Source: a virus
Length of the DNA: 64,000 nucleotides
Virus record (IMG/VR): IMGVR_UViG_3300037264_003623
Span: 45,084 to 109,083 of that record
Direction: 5' to 3' (one strand)
In this document: one piece after another, positions 33,915 to 42,700 of the stretch
Position numbering within the stretch: position 1 is the stretch's first letter
Layout of the letters: every line of letters begins with the position of its first letter
The notes under the pieces: generated by a model
What the model was told of the DNA's origin: nothing
Database searches by the model: none
What the model saw: the letters and a program-made list of their open reading frames with translations, nothing else
Program-made: the position numbers and the translations under genes

Positions 33915-34727
33915 GTGACCTGGTTCAAGATCGAGTGGCCGAAGATGGTCGAGGTGGTTCCCGAGGGGCAGATCGGGGAGGCCAAGGTTATGCACTTCGA
34001 GGTGTCGGAGAAGATGAGCCGCATGACGTCCATCCGTGCGGCCCTCAACTCCAGCCGGAACGAGTACGTCCCCGGGGGCCGATACGCGAAGCTCATCGTC
34101 GGCCAGGACTTGATGATGAGCGACACGCTCATGGAGCAGTCCACGAACGCCAGGGCCGTGATGGAGGCCAACGGTGACGTTCTGATTGCGGGTATGGGGC
34201 TCGGGGTCATGCTGATCCCGGTCTGCCGCAAGCCTGATGTCAGGAGCGTCCTGGTCGTCGAGAAGTCCGCCGACGTGATCGTCCTGATCGAGCCCCACGT
34301 CCGCCGGTTCCTGGGCGCGGACGCCGCGAAGCTCACGGTGGTCCAGGGGGACATCTTCGACTTCAAGCCCCCCAAGGGGCAGAAGTGGGATGTTCTGTGG
34401 TTCGATATATGGGCGCAAAAGTGCGAAGACAACCTGGACGAGATGAGCGTCCTGAAGCGCCGGTTCGCCCGGCGGCTCAATCGCGGGAATCCGAAGTGCT
34501 GGATGGGTGCGTGGGAGGAGGCACGCCTCCGCTACCTCCGACGGCAGAGTAGGCGCGAGAACGCATACCAGATGGCGAGGGGCCTCGATAGCGAGGAGAA
34601 GATCGCCGACTTCGTGTCGGCGTTCGCCGAGGCCACGGGGGAGGACCAGGGGGATGTCCGGAGGGAGGTCGTCGGGATCATCCGGGACGTGCGGATGTCC
34701 GACCGGGCGGTGGTGGCTAGGGTGTGA
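33915..34727 (+). CDS. class I SAM-dependent methyltransferase (spermidine-synthase-like fold)
   Basis: GDVLIAGMGLG, VVEKS, QGDIF, WFDIW. Confidence 0.75.
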   Translation: MTWFKIEWPKMVEVVPEGQIGEAKVMHFEVSEKMSRMTSIRAALNSSRNEYVPGGRYAKLIVGQDLMMSDTLMEQSTNARAVMEANGDVLIAGMGLGVMLIPVCRKPDVRSVLVVEKSADVIVLIEPHVRRFLGADAAKLTVVQGDIFDFKPPKGQKWDVLWFDIWAQKCEDNLDEMSVLKRRFARRLNRGNPKCWMGAWEEARLRYLRRQSRRENAYQMARGLDSEEKIADFVSAFAEATGEDQGDVRREVVGIIRDVRMSDRAVVARV

Positions 34728-34747
34728 TCGTTTTTTTTTGCTTTCCT

Positions 34748-34788
34748 CTTGACGAAAGGGAACAAACGGATATAATATGAGTGTCAAG
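34748..34788 (+). promoter_or_regulatory. conserved early promoter
   Basis: CTTGACG-16-TATAAT-ATGAGTGTCAAG, upstream T-tract. Confidence 0.88.
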
Positions 34789-34804
34789 AGTGAGGAGTAG
34801 GACG

Positions 34805-35236
34805 ATGATCTGGAACACCGAAGCGACGAAGAAAGCGAAGAAGGTCCTGGTCCAGGACGTCCTGGAGCGGTCCGACGATTTCGTGGTCAGGGCGCTCAAG
34901 GCCGTCTACGCCCGGCAGACCGCCGACGAGCGGGGGGCCGAGATCACCGTCCACCAGAACGGGAGGGGCTTCACCGGCTTCGACGCCCACATCCTCTCCT
35001 CCTTCGCCAAGCAGGTCGAGAAGTGGGAGGCTGCCGCCGAGAGGCAGTTCCCCTCCCCTCTGTCCCCCAAGCAGATGGCGACTGCCCGCAAGATGATGGG
35101 CAAGTACTGGGCACAGCTTATCGAGGTGGCCGACGAGAAGGCGAAGACCGCCCCTGCCCCGGTCGTACCCGTCCAGGCTCCCGCGGTCCTGCGGGTGTCC
35201 CCCTACAAGGGGCGGCGGATAGCCGAGGCGAGTTAG
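34805..35236 (+). CDS. hypothetical early protein
   Basis: RQTADE..NGRGFTGFDA.ILSSFA..LSPKQ..KYWAQL. Confidence 0.75.
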   Translation: MIWNTEATKKAKKVLVQDVLERSDDFVVRALKAVYARQTADERGAEITVHQNGRGFTGFDAHILSSFAKQVEKWEAAAERQFPSPLSPKQMATARKMMGKYWAQLIEVADEKAKTAPAPVVPVQAPAVLRVSPYKGRRIAEAS

Positions 35237-35239
35237 GAC

Positions 35240-35851
35240 GTGAGGACGGACATGTACGCGAATCGAATCGATTTGACCGAGGACGAGATCCTGCTCCTCG
35301 ACGGGAGGAGTCGGGCGGAGGTCCAGTCCGAGGTAGATAGGATCAAGTCCTTCCGGGCCAAGGTCGCGGGGGGGATGAGCATCTACATGGCCCGGATCAT
35401 CTCTGACGCTGAGACGACGGGTATCCTGGACTTCAAGAACTCATCAGGAGGGAAATGCGCCCGGTGCGGGGAGCCGGGGTCGTCTGATGCCGTGTACCTT
35501 CGGGGGCCGAATAGGGGCCAGAGGAAGAAGCGCAACCCCACCATCTATCACACGACCTCTTATGTGGGGAGTCAGAGCTTCTGTATGGGGTGCTGGCCGA
35601 CCGTCATGAAGGAGCTCAGGGAGATGGACCACGCCCCGCTTTACGAGATCAAGATACAGGGGATCGTCAACAAGGTGATCCTCGATTTGGAGATGAAGTG
35701 CTACGGTTGCGAGCTGGTGTATTGGAAGACAGAGACGAAGGCCGGGTGGGATTGCCCTAGCTGCGGGAGGAGTATGAGACCGTTCAATGGGTCAGGCAAG
35801 AGGATCATCGAGATCGCCGCGCTGAACGCGGCTAATATACTGATGAGGTGA
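35240..35851 (+). CDS. zinc-binding protein with C-terminal tag
   Basis: Four CxxC; ends LNAANILMR. Confidence 0.65.
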   Translation: MRTDMYANRIDLTEDEILLLDGRSRAEVQSEVDRIKSFRAKVAGGMSIYMARIISDAETTGILDFKNSSGGKCARCGEPGSSDAVYLRGPNRGQRKKRNPTIYHTTSYVGSQSFCMGCWPTVMKELREMDHAPLYEIKIQGIVNKVILDLEMKCYGCELVYWKTETKAGWDCPSCGRSMRPFNGSGKRIIEIAALNAANILMR

Positions 35852-35854
35852 CCG

Positions 35855-36325
35855 GTGGACCCGAGACACGATCCGAGGCGGATTCGGGAGGCCAGGCAGG
35901 CTGTCAGGGATGCCCGTGAGGAGATCAGGGCCGCCGCGGGGCGGCAGAGGAACGGCTCCATCCTGGCCCTGGTCGAGGGCTTCCTCTGCGCGTCGGTCCT
36001 GGCGGGGGTATCGGACGCCGACCTCCCCCTTCTCGGGCTCATCAAGGACTACTTGATCAAGGGCCTCCAGGTGTCCCGGAATCTCAGGGAGTTCATCGAT
36101 GTGCTGCTGGACGGGGGGAGCGTCCAGGAAGGGGAGGAGCGCGAGATCATCCTCGACATGCTCAAGGGGGCGGTGGGCCTGCTGTCAGGGGCGAGGAAGG
36201 AGTCCGTCTACGGGCTGCTCAGGATGAGAGAGAAGTTCCTGTGTCTTCGCGGCGAGGAGTGGGATCGGGTCATTATTCTTCTGGATGAGGCGCTCGGTAG
36301 GGGCGTGTTCGCTTTCCGGTGCTGA
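35855..36325 (+). CDS. hypothetical helical protein
   Basis: RBS GAGG. Confidence 0.55.
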   Translation: MDPRHDPRRIREARQAVRDAREEIRAAAGRQRNGSILALVEGFLCASVLAGVSDADLPLLGLIKDYLIKGLQVSRNLREFIDVLLDGGSVQEGEEREIILDMLKGAVGLLSGARKESVYGLLRMREKFLCLRGEEWDRVIILLDEALGRGVFAFRC

Positions 36326-36338
36326 CAGGAGGTGGTCC

Positions 36339-37475
36339 GTGGTAAAGGTTGATGAGCGGGTGAATCCGGTCTCACTTTTTTGCACGGAGGGGAACTCCAA
36401 CAAGCAGTACACGGTGTGGATGGAGAAGTCCGGGTCCGGCTGGCTCGTGAACTTCCAGTTCGGGCCCGTGGGCGGATGGGTTCAGGGCGGCACCAAGACG
36501 CCGTCTCCGGTGTCCCGCGCCCAGGCGGAGAAGGTCTTCGAGGGCCTCCTCAAGCAGAAGCGGGCGAAGGGCTACTCCGAGGGCGAGGATGCCCCGGCTT
36601 TCTCGCATCCGGCCGTCAAAGCCGTGGCTGCATCGGTCCCCAATGTCTCCGCGAAGGCGGAGGAGGACTCCGGCCTGCGACCCATGCTCCTGACCTGGGC
36701 CGAGGAAAGCGACCTGGAGTGGCTTATCGGGGACGACGGGTGGGGTGCCCAGGAGAAGATCAACGGCAATCGCATCCAGATCAAGGTGATGCCGGACGGA
36801 GTGGTCGGGTCGAACAAGCGGGGTCTGCCCTGCCCGATCCCGGAGGCCGTGGCCCGCGAGATGTCCGGGCTGCTCGGAGAGTTCGACGGGGAGATGGTCG
36901 GGGACGTCTACAACGACTTCGACATGACGATGAACTCGATCTCGGCCGACTTCAAGCGCGAGCGGTGTGACTACCGGCACGAGCGGCTCGCGTCGCGGCT
37001 GGCGAACAGGCCGATGGCCCATGTGAGGCTCGTCCCGCTCGTGGTGGGAGCGGGGCAGAAGAGGGCGCTGGTCGAGAGCCTGCGGGCGAACAGGAAGGAA
37101 GGGGTGGTCTTCAAGCGGCTGGACGCGCCCTACGAGGCCGGGAGGCGTCCGAGCTTGGGGAAAGCGATCGCCGTGAAGGTCAAGTTCTACGCCGAGATCG
37201 CGGTTGAGGTCCTGCGCTGGAACAAGGACAAGTCCTCCGTCGAGGTCGCGGCCTTGGACTCCGGGCGGCTCGTTTCGGTGGGGAAGGTCACGATCCACAA
37301 CAAGTACGTCAGCCAGGTGGTGCCGGGGGTGGTGGTCCGGGTGAAGTACCTGTACGCGACCGAGGCCGCGCAACTGTACCAGGCGAACCTGGACCCGACC
37401 GACGATGGGTCGGTGGTCGCTGACCAGGTGGCAGCGGACCCGATCGGGCGGCTGAAGTTCGAGAACAAGGATTAA
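36339..37475 (+). CDS. WGR domain fused to ATP-dependent DNA ligase
   Basis: SNKQY..FQFGPVG..KRAKGY; QEKINGNR, FDGE, EGVVFK, KVK. Confidence 0.82.
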   Translation: MVKVDERVNPVSLFCTEGNSNKQYTVWMEKSGSGWLVNFQFGPVGGWVQGGTKTPSPVSRAQAEKVFEGLLKQKRAKGYSEGEDAPAFSHPAVKAVAASVPNVSAKAEEDSGLRPMLLTWAEESDLEWLIGDDGWGAQEKINGNRIQIKVMPDGVVGSNKRGLPCPIPEAVAREMSGLLGEFDGEMVGDVYNDFDMTMNSISADFKRERCDYRHERLASRLANRPMAHVRLVPLVVGAGQKRALVESLRANRKEGVVFKRLDAPYEAGRRPSLGKAIAVKVKFYAEIAVEVLRWNKDKSSVEVAALDSGRLVSVGKVTIHNKYVSQVVPGVVVRVKYLYATEAAQLYQANLDPTDDGSVVADQVAADPIGRLKFENKD

Positions 37476-37489
37476 GAAGGGGGGGTAAC

Positions 37490-37690
37490 ATGGGGGCGTG
37501 GAAGAGGTGTCCGTACTGCGGGGGGAGGATCAGGATCCTCATGGTCATGGGGAGCAGGGAGGAACGCTGTGCCGCCGTGCTGCGGGACGAGGTCGATCCG
37601 AGCCGGGAGGCGTGGGAGTGCCTCAACCCGGCCTGCAAGCAGATCATGATCGTCAAGAAAGGCGCGATTCTGGCGCACCAGGGGAAGTAG
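37490..37690 (+). CDS. zinc-ribbon protein
   Basis: CPYCG...CLNPAC. Confidence 0.55.
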   Translation: MGAWKRCPYCGGRIRILMVMGSREERCAAVLRDEVDPSREAWECLNPACKQIMIVKKGAILAHQGK

Positions 37691-37700
37691 GAGGATTTCC

Positions 37701-38258
37701 ATGCCCGACTTCGGCTTCAGGGTCGAGGAGAAGGACCTCGACTCTCTTGCCCCTTTGGACGGGAACCCGAGGACGATCATCGATGAGTCTCTCGACGGTC
37801 TGGAGAGGTGCATCCTCAAGTATGGGTTGGTCCAGCCGATCGTGTGGAACGAGAGGACGGGCCACATCGTCGGAGGCCACCAGCGGCTGAAGGTGCTGCG
37901 TAGGAACGGGGCGGCCAGGACGCAGGTCGTCGTGGTGGACCTACCGATCGATGATGAGAGGTCCCTCGCCGTCGCCCTGAACAACGAGAAGCTTCAGGGC
38001 CGGTGGACGGACGGCCTCTCCGCTTTCCTGGCAAGCATCGGGGATGGGAAGGCCATCGAGGGCCTGATGACGGACGAGCTGGTCGAGTCCCTGGGTGGGC
38101 ACGACGAGGGCGTGGTTCGCCCCGTGAACGTGTCCAGGCCCCCTCGCATGGTGTGGACGGTCGTCGCCGTGCCTGAGGACAAGGCCGGGGAGGCTACCCC
38201 CTACATCGATAGGTTGTCGAGGATCGAGGGGGCCTTCGTCGAATCGGTGAAGAGATGA
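37701..38258 (+). CDS. ParB-like N-terminal domain protein
   Basis: NPR..KYGLVQPIVWNERTGHIVGGHQRLKVL..ALNN. Confidence 0.82.
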   Translation: MPDFGFRVEEKDLDSLAPLDGNPRTIIDESLDGLERCILKYGLVQPIVWNERTGHIVGGHQRLKVLRRNGAARTQVVVVDLPIDDERSLAVALNNEKLQGRWTDGLSAFLASIGDGKAIEGLMTDELVESLGGHDEGVVRPVNVSRPPRMVWTVVAVPEDKAGEATPYIDRLSRIEGAFVESVKR

Positions 38259-38881
38259 GCCAGGTCGAGGCATTCGTTCTCCTTCGGAAGCACTTCATCG
38301 ACCGGCACCACCAGGACGGCGATGTGCGGGTACTCGATTGCGCCGGGAACGGGGCGGTGTGGGATCGCCTGGCGTGCGGGCGCGTGATATACCTGGGGTA
38401 CGACGCGGGGAAGGCCGCCGCGGAGGGGCTCGCGCTCGACTTCGGGAAGGTGGACGCCGACATCGTTGACATCGGGGGAGGGAACCCGTGGGGGATGTAC
38501 GCCGACGTTTTGGATGGCTTCGCGGGCAGGAGTCTCACCGTCTTCCTCCTCATCCCGGACACCACGCTGAGGGTCAAGGACGGGCTGCCCAAGTACGTGT
38601 GGGAGCGAACCGGGATACCGATTGACTGGAGCCGATGGGAGGGCCCGGGCTTCGACTCCCTTGTTATGAGGGCCGGGCTGTCCTACGCTCTTGACAAGGG
38701 GTTCGAGATTGAGGACGCCCAAGCGGTTCAATTCGTAGGCAAGCCGTTCCCTTGGCGTTACAATCATGTCGGGATAAGACTTCGTTCAATGGGTGAGGAT
38801 GGACGAGAAGGAATCAGTCCTGCTGGAGTTCAAGGCCCGGGAGGAGCTTCGGGCGGAGAACCTCCATCCTCTCATCCGTGA
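38255..38881 (+). CDS. methyltransferase-like hypothetical protein
   Basis: VRVLDCAGNGAVW. Confidence 0.45.
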   Translation: MSQVEAFVLLRKHFIDRHHQDGDVRVLDCAGNGAVWDRLACGRVIYLGYDAGKAAAEGLALDFGKVDADIVDIGGGNPWGMYADVLDGFAGRSLTVFLLIPDTTLRVKDGLPKYVWERTGIPIDWSRWEGPGFDSLVMRAGLSYALDKGFEIEDAQAVQFVGKPFPWRYNHVGIRLRSMGEDGREGISPAGVQGPGGASGGEPPSSHP

Positions 38882-39224
38882 CCCCATCCTGCGGAACCTC
38901 GTCACCGCCTGGGCCATGTACCCCGTGAGGTTTGGGGACCCGGAGGGGGCCAAGCCCGCCGACGAGAAGGGTCAGTGGCAGTGGCTCTGGTCGAACGTCG
39001 AGTTCGACTCCGAGGAGCTCGCCGACATCCTCCGGCTCGACTCCCTGAAGATAGGGAAGATCGTGAAGCGGGCTGCCGCCTTCCGGTTGATCTATCCGGA
39101 TGGGTCATCCTCCGGGCTTGCCCTCCAGTTCGTCAGGAGAGAGATCGAGAAGGCGGTCGCCAAGAAGCCGGGGCGTCCGAAGAAGGAGGACAAGGAGGAC
39201 AAGTCAGAGGGGAAGGAGAAGTAG
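38799..39224 (+). CDS. hypothetical protein with AT-hook-like tail
   Basis: KKPGRPKK. Confidence 0.65.
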   Translation: MDEKESVLLEFKAREELRAENLHPLIRDPILRNLVTAWAMYPVRFGDPEGAKPADEKGQWQWLWSNVEFDSEELADILRLDSLKIGKIVKRAAAFRLIYPDGSSSGLALQFVRREIEKAVAKKPGRPKKEDKEDKSEGKEK

Positions 39225-39225
39225 G

Positions 39226-39729
39226 ATGTACGCGACCAAGCCATCGACGCAGGAGACCTACGAGCGCAGGATCAAGGTCTTCCGCATGAAGATGCGGGGC
39301 CTGAGCCACACGTCGATCGCCAAGGAGCTGAGTGTCACTCGGAACGCGATCATCAGGGACGCGAAGTGGATCCAGGAGCACTTCACCCAGCTCGCGGCGG
39401 ATGCCGATCGAAACTCCGAGATGGGCATGGCGATGGCGAAGCTGGAGGAGATCGAGAAGGAGGCCATGTTCAACTATTCCGAGACGGAGAACCCGAAGGC
39501 CAAGAACGACTTCCTCCTGACCGCCATCACCGCCTGCGAGAAGCGGATCAAGCTGATGATGGACGCCGGGATCATCTCGAAGGCCCCTGTGGACCTGAAC
39601 CTCACGATGGACTTCTCGAAGATGTCCACCGAGGAGTTGGTCCAGCGCAGGCGCGAGGTCGTGAACCGTCTCGCCACGTTCGGTGTGGCGGCGGCTATGG
39701 GGGCTGATGGTGAGCAAGCCCAAAACTAA
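39226..39729 (+). CDS. terS: probable terminase small subunit
   Basis: HTH (GLSHTSIAKELSVTRNAIIRD), helical body, directly upstream of terL. Confidence 0.6.
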   Translation: MYATKPSTQETYERRIKVFRMKMRGLSHTSIAKELSVTRNAIIRDAKWIQEHFTQLAADADRNSEMGMAMAKLEEIEKEAMFNYSETENPKAKNDFLLTAITACEKRIKLMMDAGIISKAPVDLNLTMDFSKMSTEELVQRRREVVNRLATFGVAAAMGADGEQAQN

Positions 39730-42700
39730 GGTCCCGAAGCCGGACATGGCGGCGCTCCGGAACGACCTGACCTACCTCGCCCGCCTCGACGGCGAGATCT
39801 CGGGGCGGATCAAGTCTCAGGACCCGAGGACGTATGGCCTTCCTGACCTCCTCCGACCCAAGGAGGACGGTGAGACGGAGGAGCAGCTTGTCGATCGGCA
39901 GAACCGGGAGATCAAGGACCTGATCGAGAAGCAGCTCTGGGTCCTGAAGGACGCGAGAAGGCTCGCGATCAAGCTCTCGCCCCCGATGGTCGACTTCATC
40001 GCCACGATGTTCTACCGGCGGGCGAACCTCGCGATCCTGTGGAAGGGGCGCGGCTCCGGCGGGACCCTGTGCGCGGCCATCCTCGTCTGGCTCTGCCTCG
40101 TCTACCACCGGATGTCGTTCACCAGCATGGCCGGGTGCCTCCTGCCGGGCACGCTCGTCTCCACAAGGAGGAGGGGGTGGGTGCCGGTGGAGGACGTGTC
40201 TGATGATGATGAGGTGGTGGGGCGGGACGGGGTGGTCCGCAGGGTAGTCTCGAAGACCTCGAAGGAGTGGGACGGTCCGATCACTAAGTTGGAGCCCCAC
40301 GGTTTCGACGGGAACTTCTTCACCTCTGACCACCGAATCTGGGTCCTTCGTGATGCGGTCGAAGAGGATAAGCGCGGGCATCTTGTTGGGCAGGATATTC
40401 GGCGGTGGGACACCATGTCTCCGGAATGGGTCCCGTGCGGAGAGGTCACGAGGCGGGACGTGTTTGTCCTCCCGAGGCCGAAGCGGACGGGCGTCCTGCT
40501 GCCGTCCCTGATGGTGTCGACCGGCGTCGGGGGCAAGGGGGAGAAGGTGGAGGTGCCTTGGACGCCGGATCTCTGCCGATTCATCGGGTACTGGCTTGCC
40601 GAGGGTAGCGTCTATCGACTCAAGGATGGGGGTCGATTTGTTCGGTTCGATGTGGGGAAGCGGGATCAGTGGCTTGATGACCTTCAGGATCTGATCGTGC
40701 GGTTGTTCGGCAGGAAGCCTTCCTACGATGAGCCGGGGGGGGATCTGACACTTGAGGCGAGGGTGCGGTTCGGGTCGAAGGATGTGGCCCAGTTCCTGGA
40801 GGACAACTTCGGGACCGGGGCGGTCGGAAAGCGCATCCCGTGGGAGATGGTGGTGGGTCTCGACGACGAGTGCGCGATGGCCCTACTCGCCGGTTTCCTT
40901 CGGGGAGATGGGGCCGTGGACATGACGAGCCGAGGGGGGCTCGACGTGTCTCTTTATACGGTCTCCCCTGCCCTCTCGTCCGGGATCTACTGGCTGTCTT
41001 TGCGCCTTGGCCTGGTCCCGTCGCTGGGGATCTCGAAGCCGAAGAATCGCAGCGGCTTTCACAAGGTTCACGACGGGTGGAGGATGCGGTACGGGTCCAT
41101 CGACGCCGATCGTCTTCTGGAGGAGGCGTTCGGTTGGCGCTCTCAGAAGGAGAGGGTTTCGAGGCAGCGTAGGGTGTGGGTCTCCGAGGACCGGGTGTAC
41201 GTCGGCGTGAGGGACGTGAAGCACTCGACCTATCAGGGCGAGGTGTGGGACCTTGAAGTCGAGGGGGACCCGTCGTTCTCCGTTCCGATGATGGAGGTTC
41301 ACAACTCCACCGAGCAGGCTAAGCTGATCTACCAGTACACCAAGTCCTTCTGGGAGTGCTTCCCGGTCCTGTCGGAGTCGCTCCTTGAGGTGGACCCCCT
41401 CCAGACCGAGACCAGGCTGAAGAACGGGGTCATCCTCAAGATCATCAGCGCGTCGGAGAAGCAGACACGCGGCAAGCACAACCCCGGGTTCATCGTTGAC
41501 GAGTCCTGCCAGTCGTCGCAGAACGTGGACTACCTGATCCAGGCCGCCATGCAGGGCTCGATGTCCGAGCCCAACCACATGGTGGTGGTGCTCTCGACCT
41601 TCCACTACCCGATTGGTCTGTTCCAGGAGCTGTGGGACTACGCCGAGGAGCGCGGGTTCAAGCGGTTCAACTGGGACTGCGTCCTGCCCGGAACGTGGAT
41701 CATCACTGCCAGGGGCCTCATCAAGATCGAGGAGGTGGTGGCGGGGGATCTCGTCCTTGCCGAGAACGGCAGGTTCGAGACGGTGGAGAGGGCGTGGTCG
41801 TCGCAGGTCTCGGGCGGGGCTGTCCGAATCTTTCCGTATGGATGGACCGAGGGGATCGAGACTACACCAGACCATCGTTTCAAGGTTCGTAGGGATGGCC
41901 GGGACGATTGGGTCGAGGCGTCGAAGATCCGCGAGGGGGACGATCTTGTTTTCCCGCGTCCGCAGAGGGCGGGGGTTTCGGTCGATCATCTGGGGTCGCA
42001 GATCTCGCCGGACTTCGCCCGTTTTCTCGGGTACTGGTACGGGGACGGGTGGCTTGATGGGAACCGGGTCGGCATCTCGTTCGGAGATCCCGAGAAGTTC
42101 AAGGAGGACTACCTGTCGCTCGTGGGCGGGCTGTTCAAGGCCGACGTTCGTCTGAGGCATAGGGAGCCCAACGAGCAGGGCAGGTTCGACAATGGGCCGC
42201 TCGCTGACTGGATGAGGACGGTTGGGTATCGGGGCGGGGAGAAGCATGTCCCGATCGAGATGGTCCTTGGGATGTCGGACGACGCGCTTCGGGAGTTCGT
42301 GACCGGGATGCTCAGGACGGATGGGTGCGTGACGTTGGCGAACGGGGTGCCGGTCGTGAAGTTCACCCAGGTCTCCTCAAGCGTGACGTGCGCCGTGTTT
42401 CTTGCGTGCGCCAGGCTTGGGGTGTTCATGGCCGTGGACAGGAGGCGGCAGTCCACCTTTGTCATCGAGGGGAGGGAAGTATCGGGCCAGGACTGGTGGA
42501 TGCTTCGGTCGGGGGGGAGGGACACGGATCGGCTCATGGGGTGGCTCGGGGAGTCTACGGATAGGGTTATGAGGAATGGGCAGCACTCCCTGGATGGGGA
42601 CGTGTATCTTACGCGGGTGAGGAAGGTCGAGCGGAGAGAGTACGCCGGACTCGTATTCGATCTGGCGGTCAAGGACGTCCACTCGTTCTCGATGCCCTGG

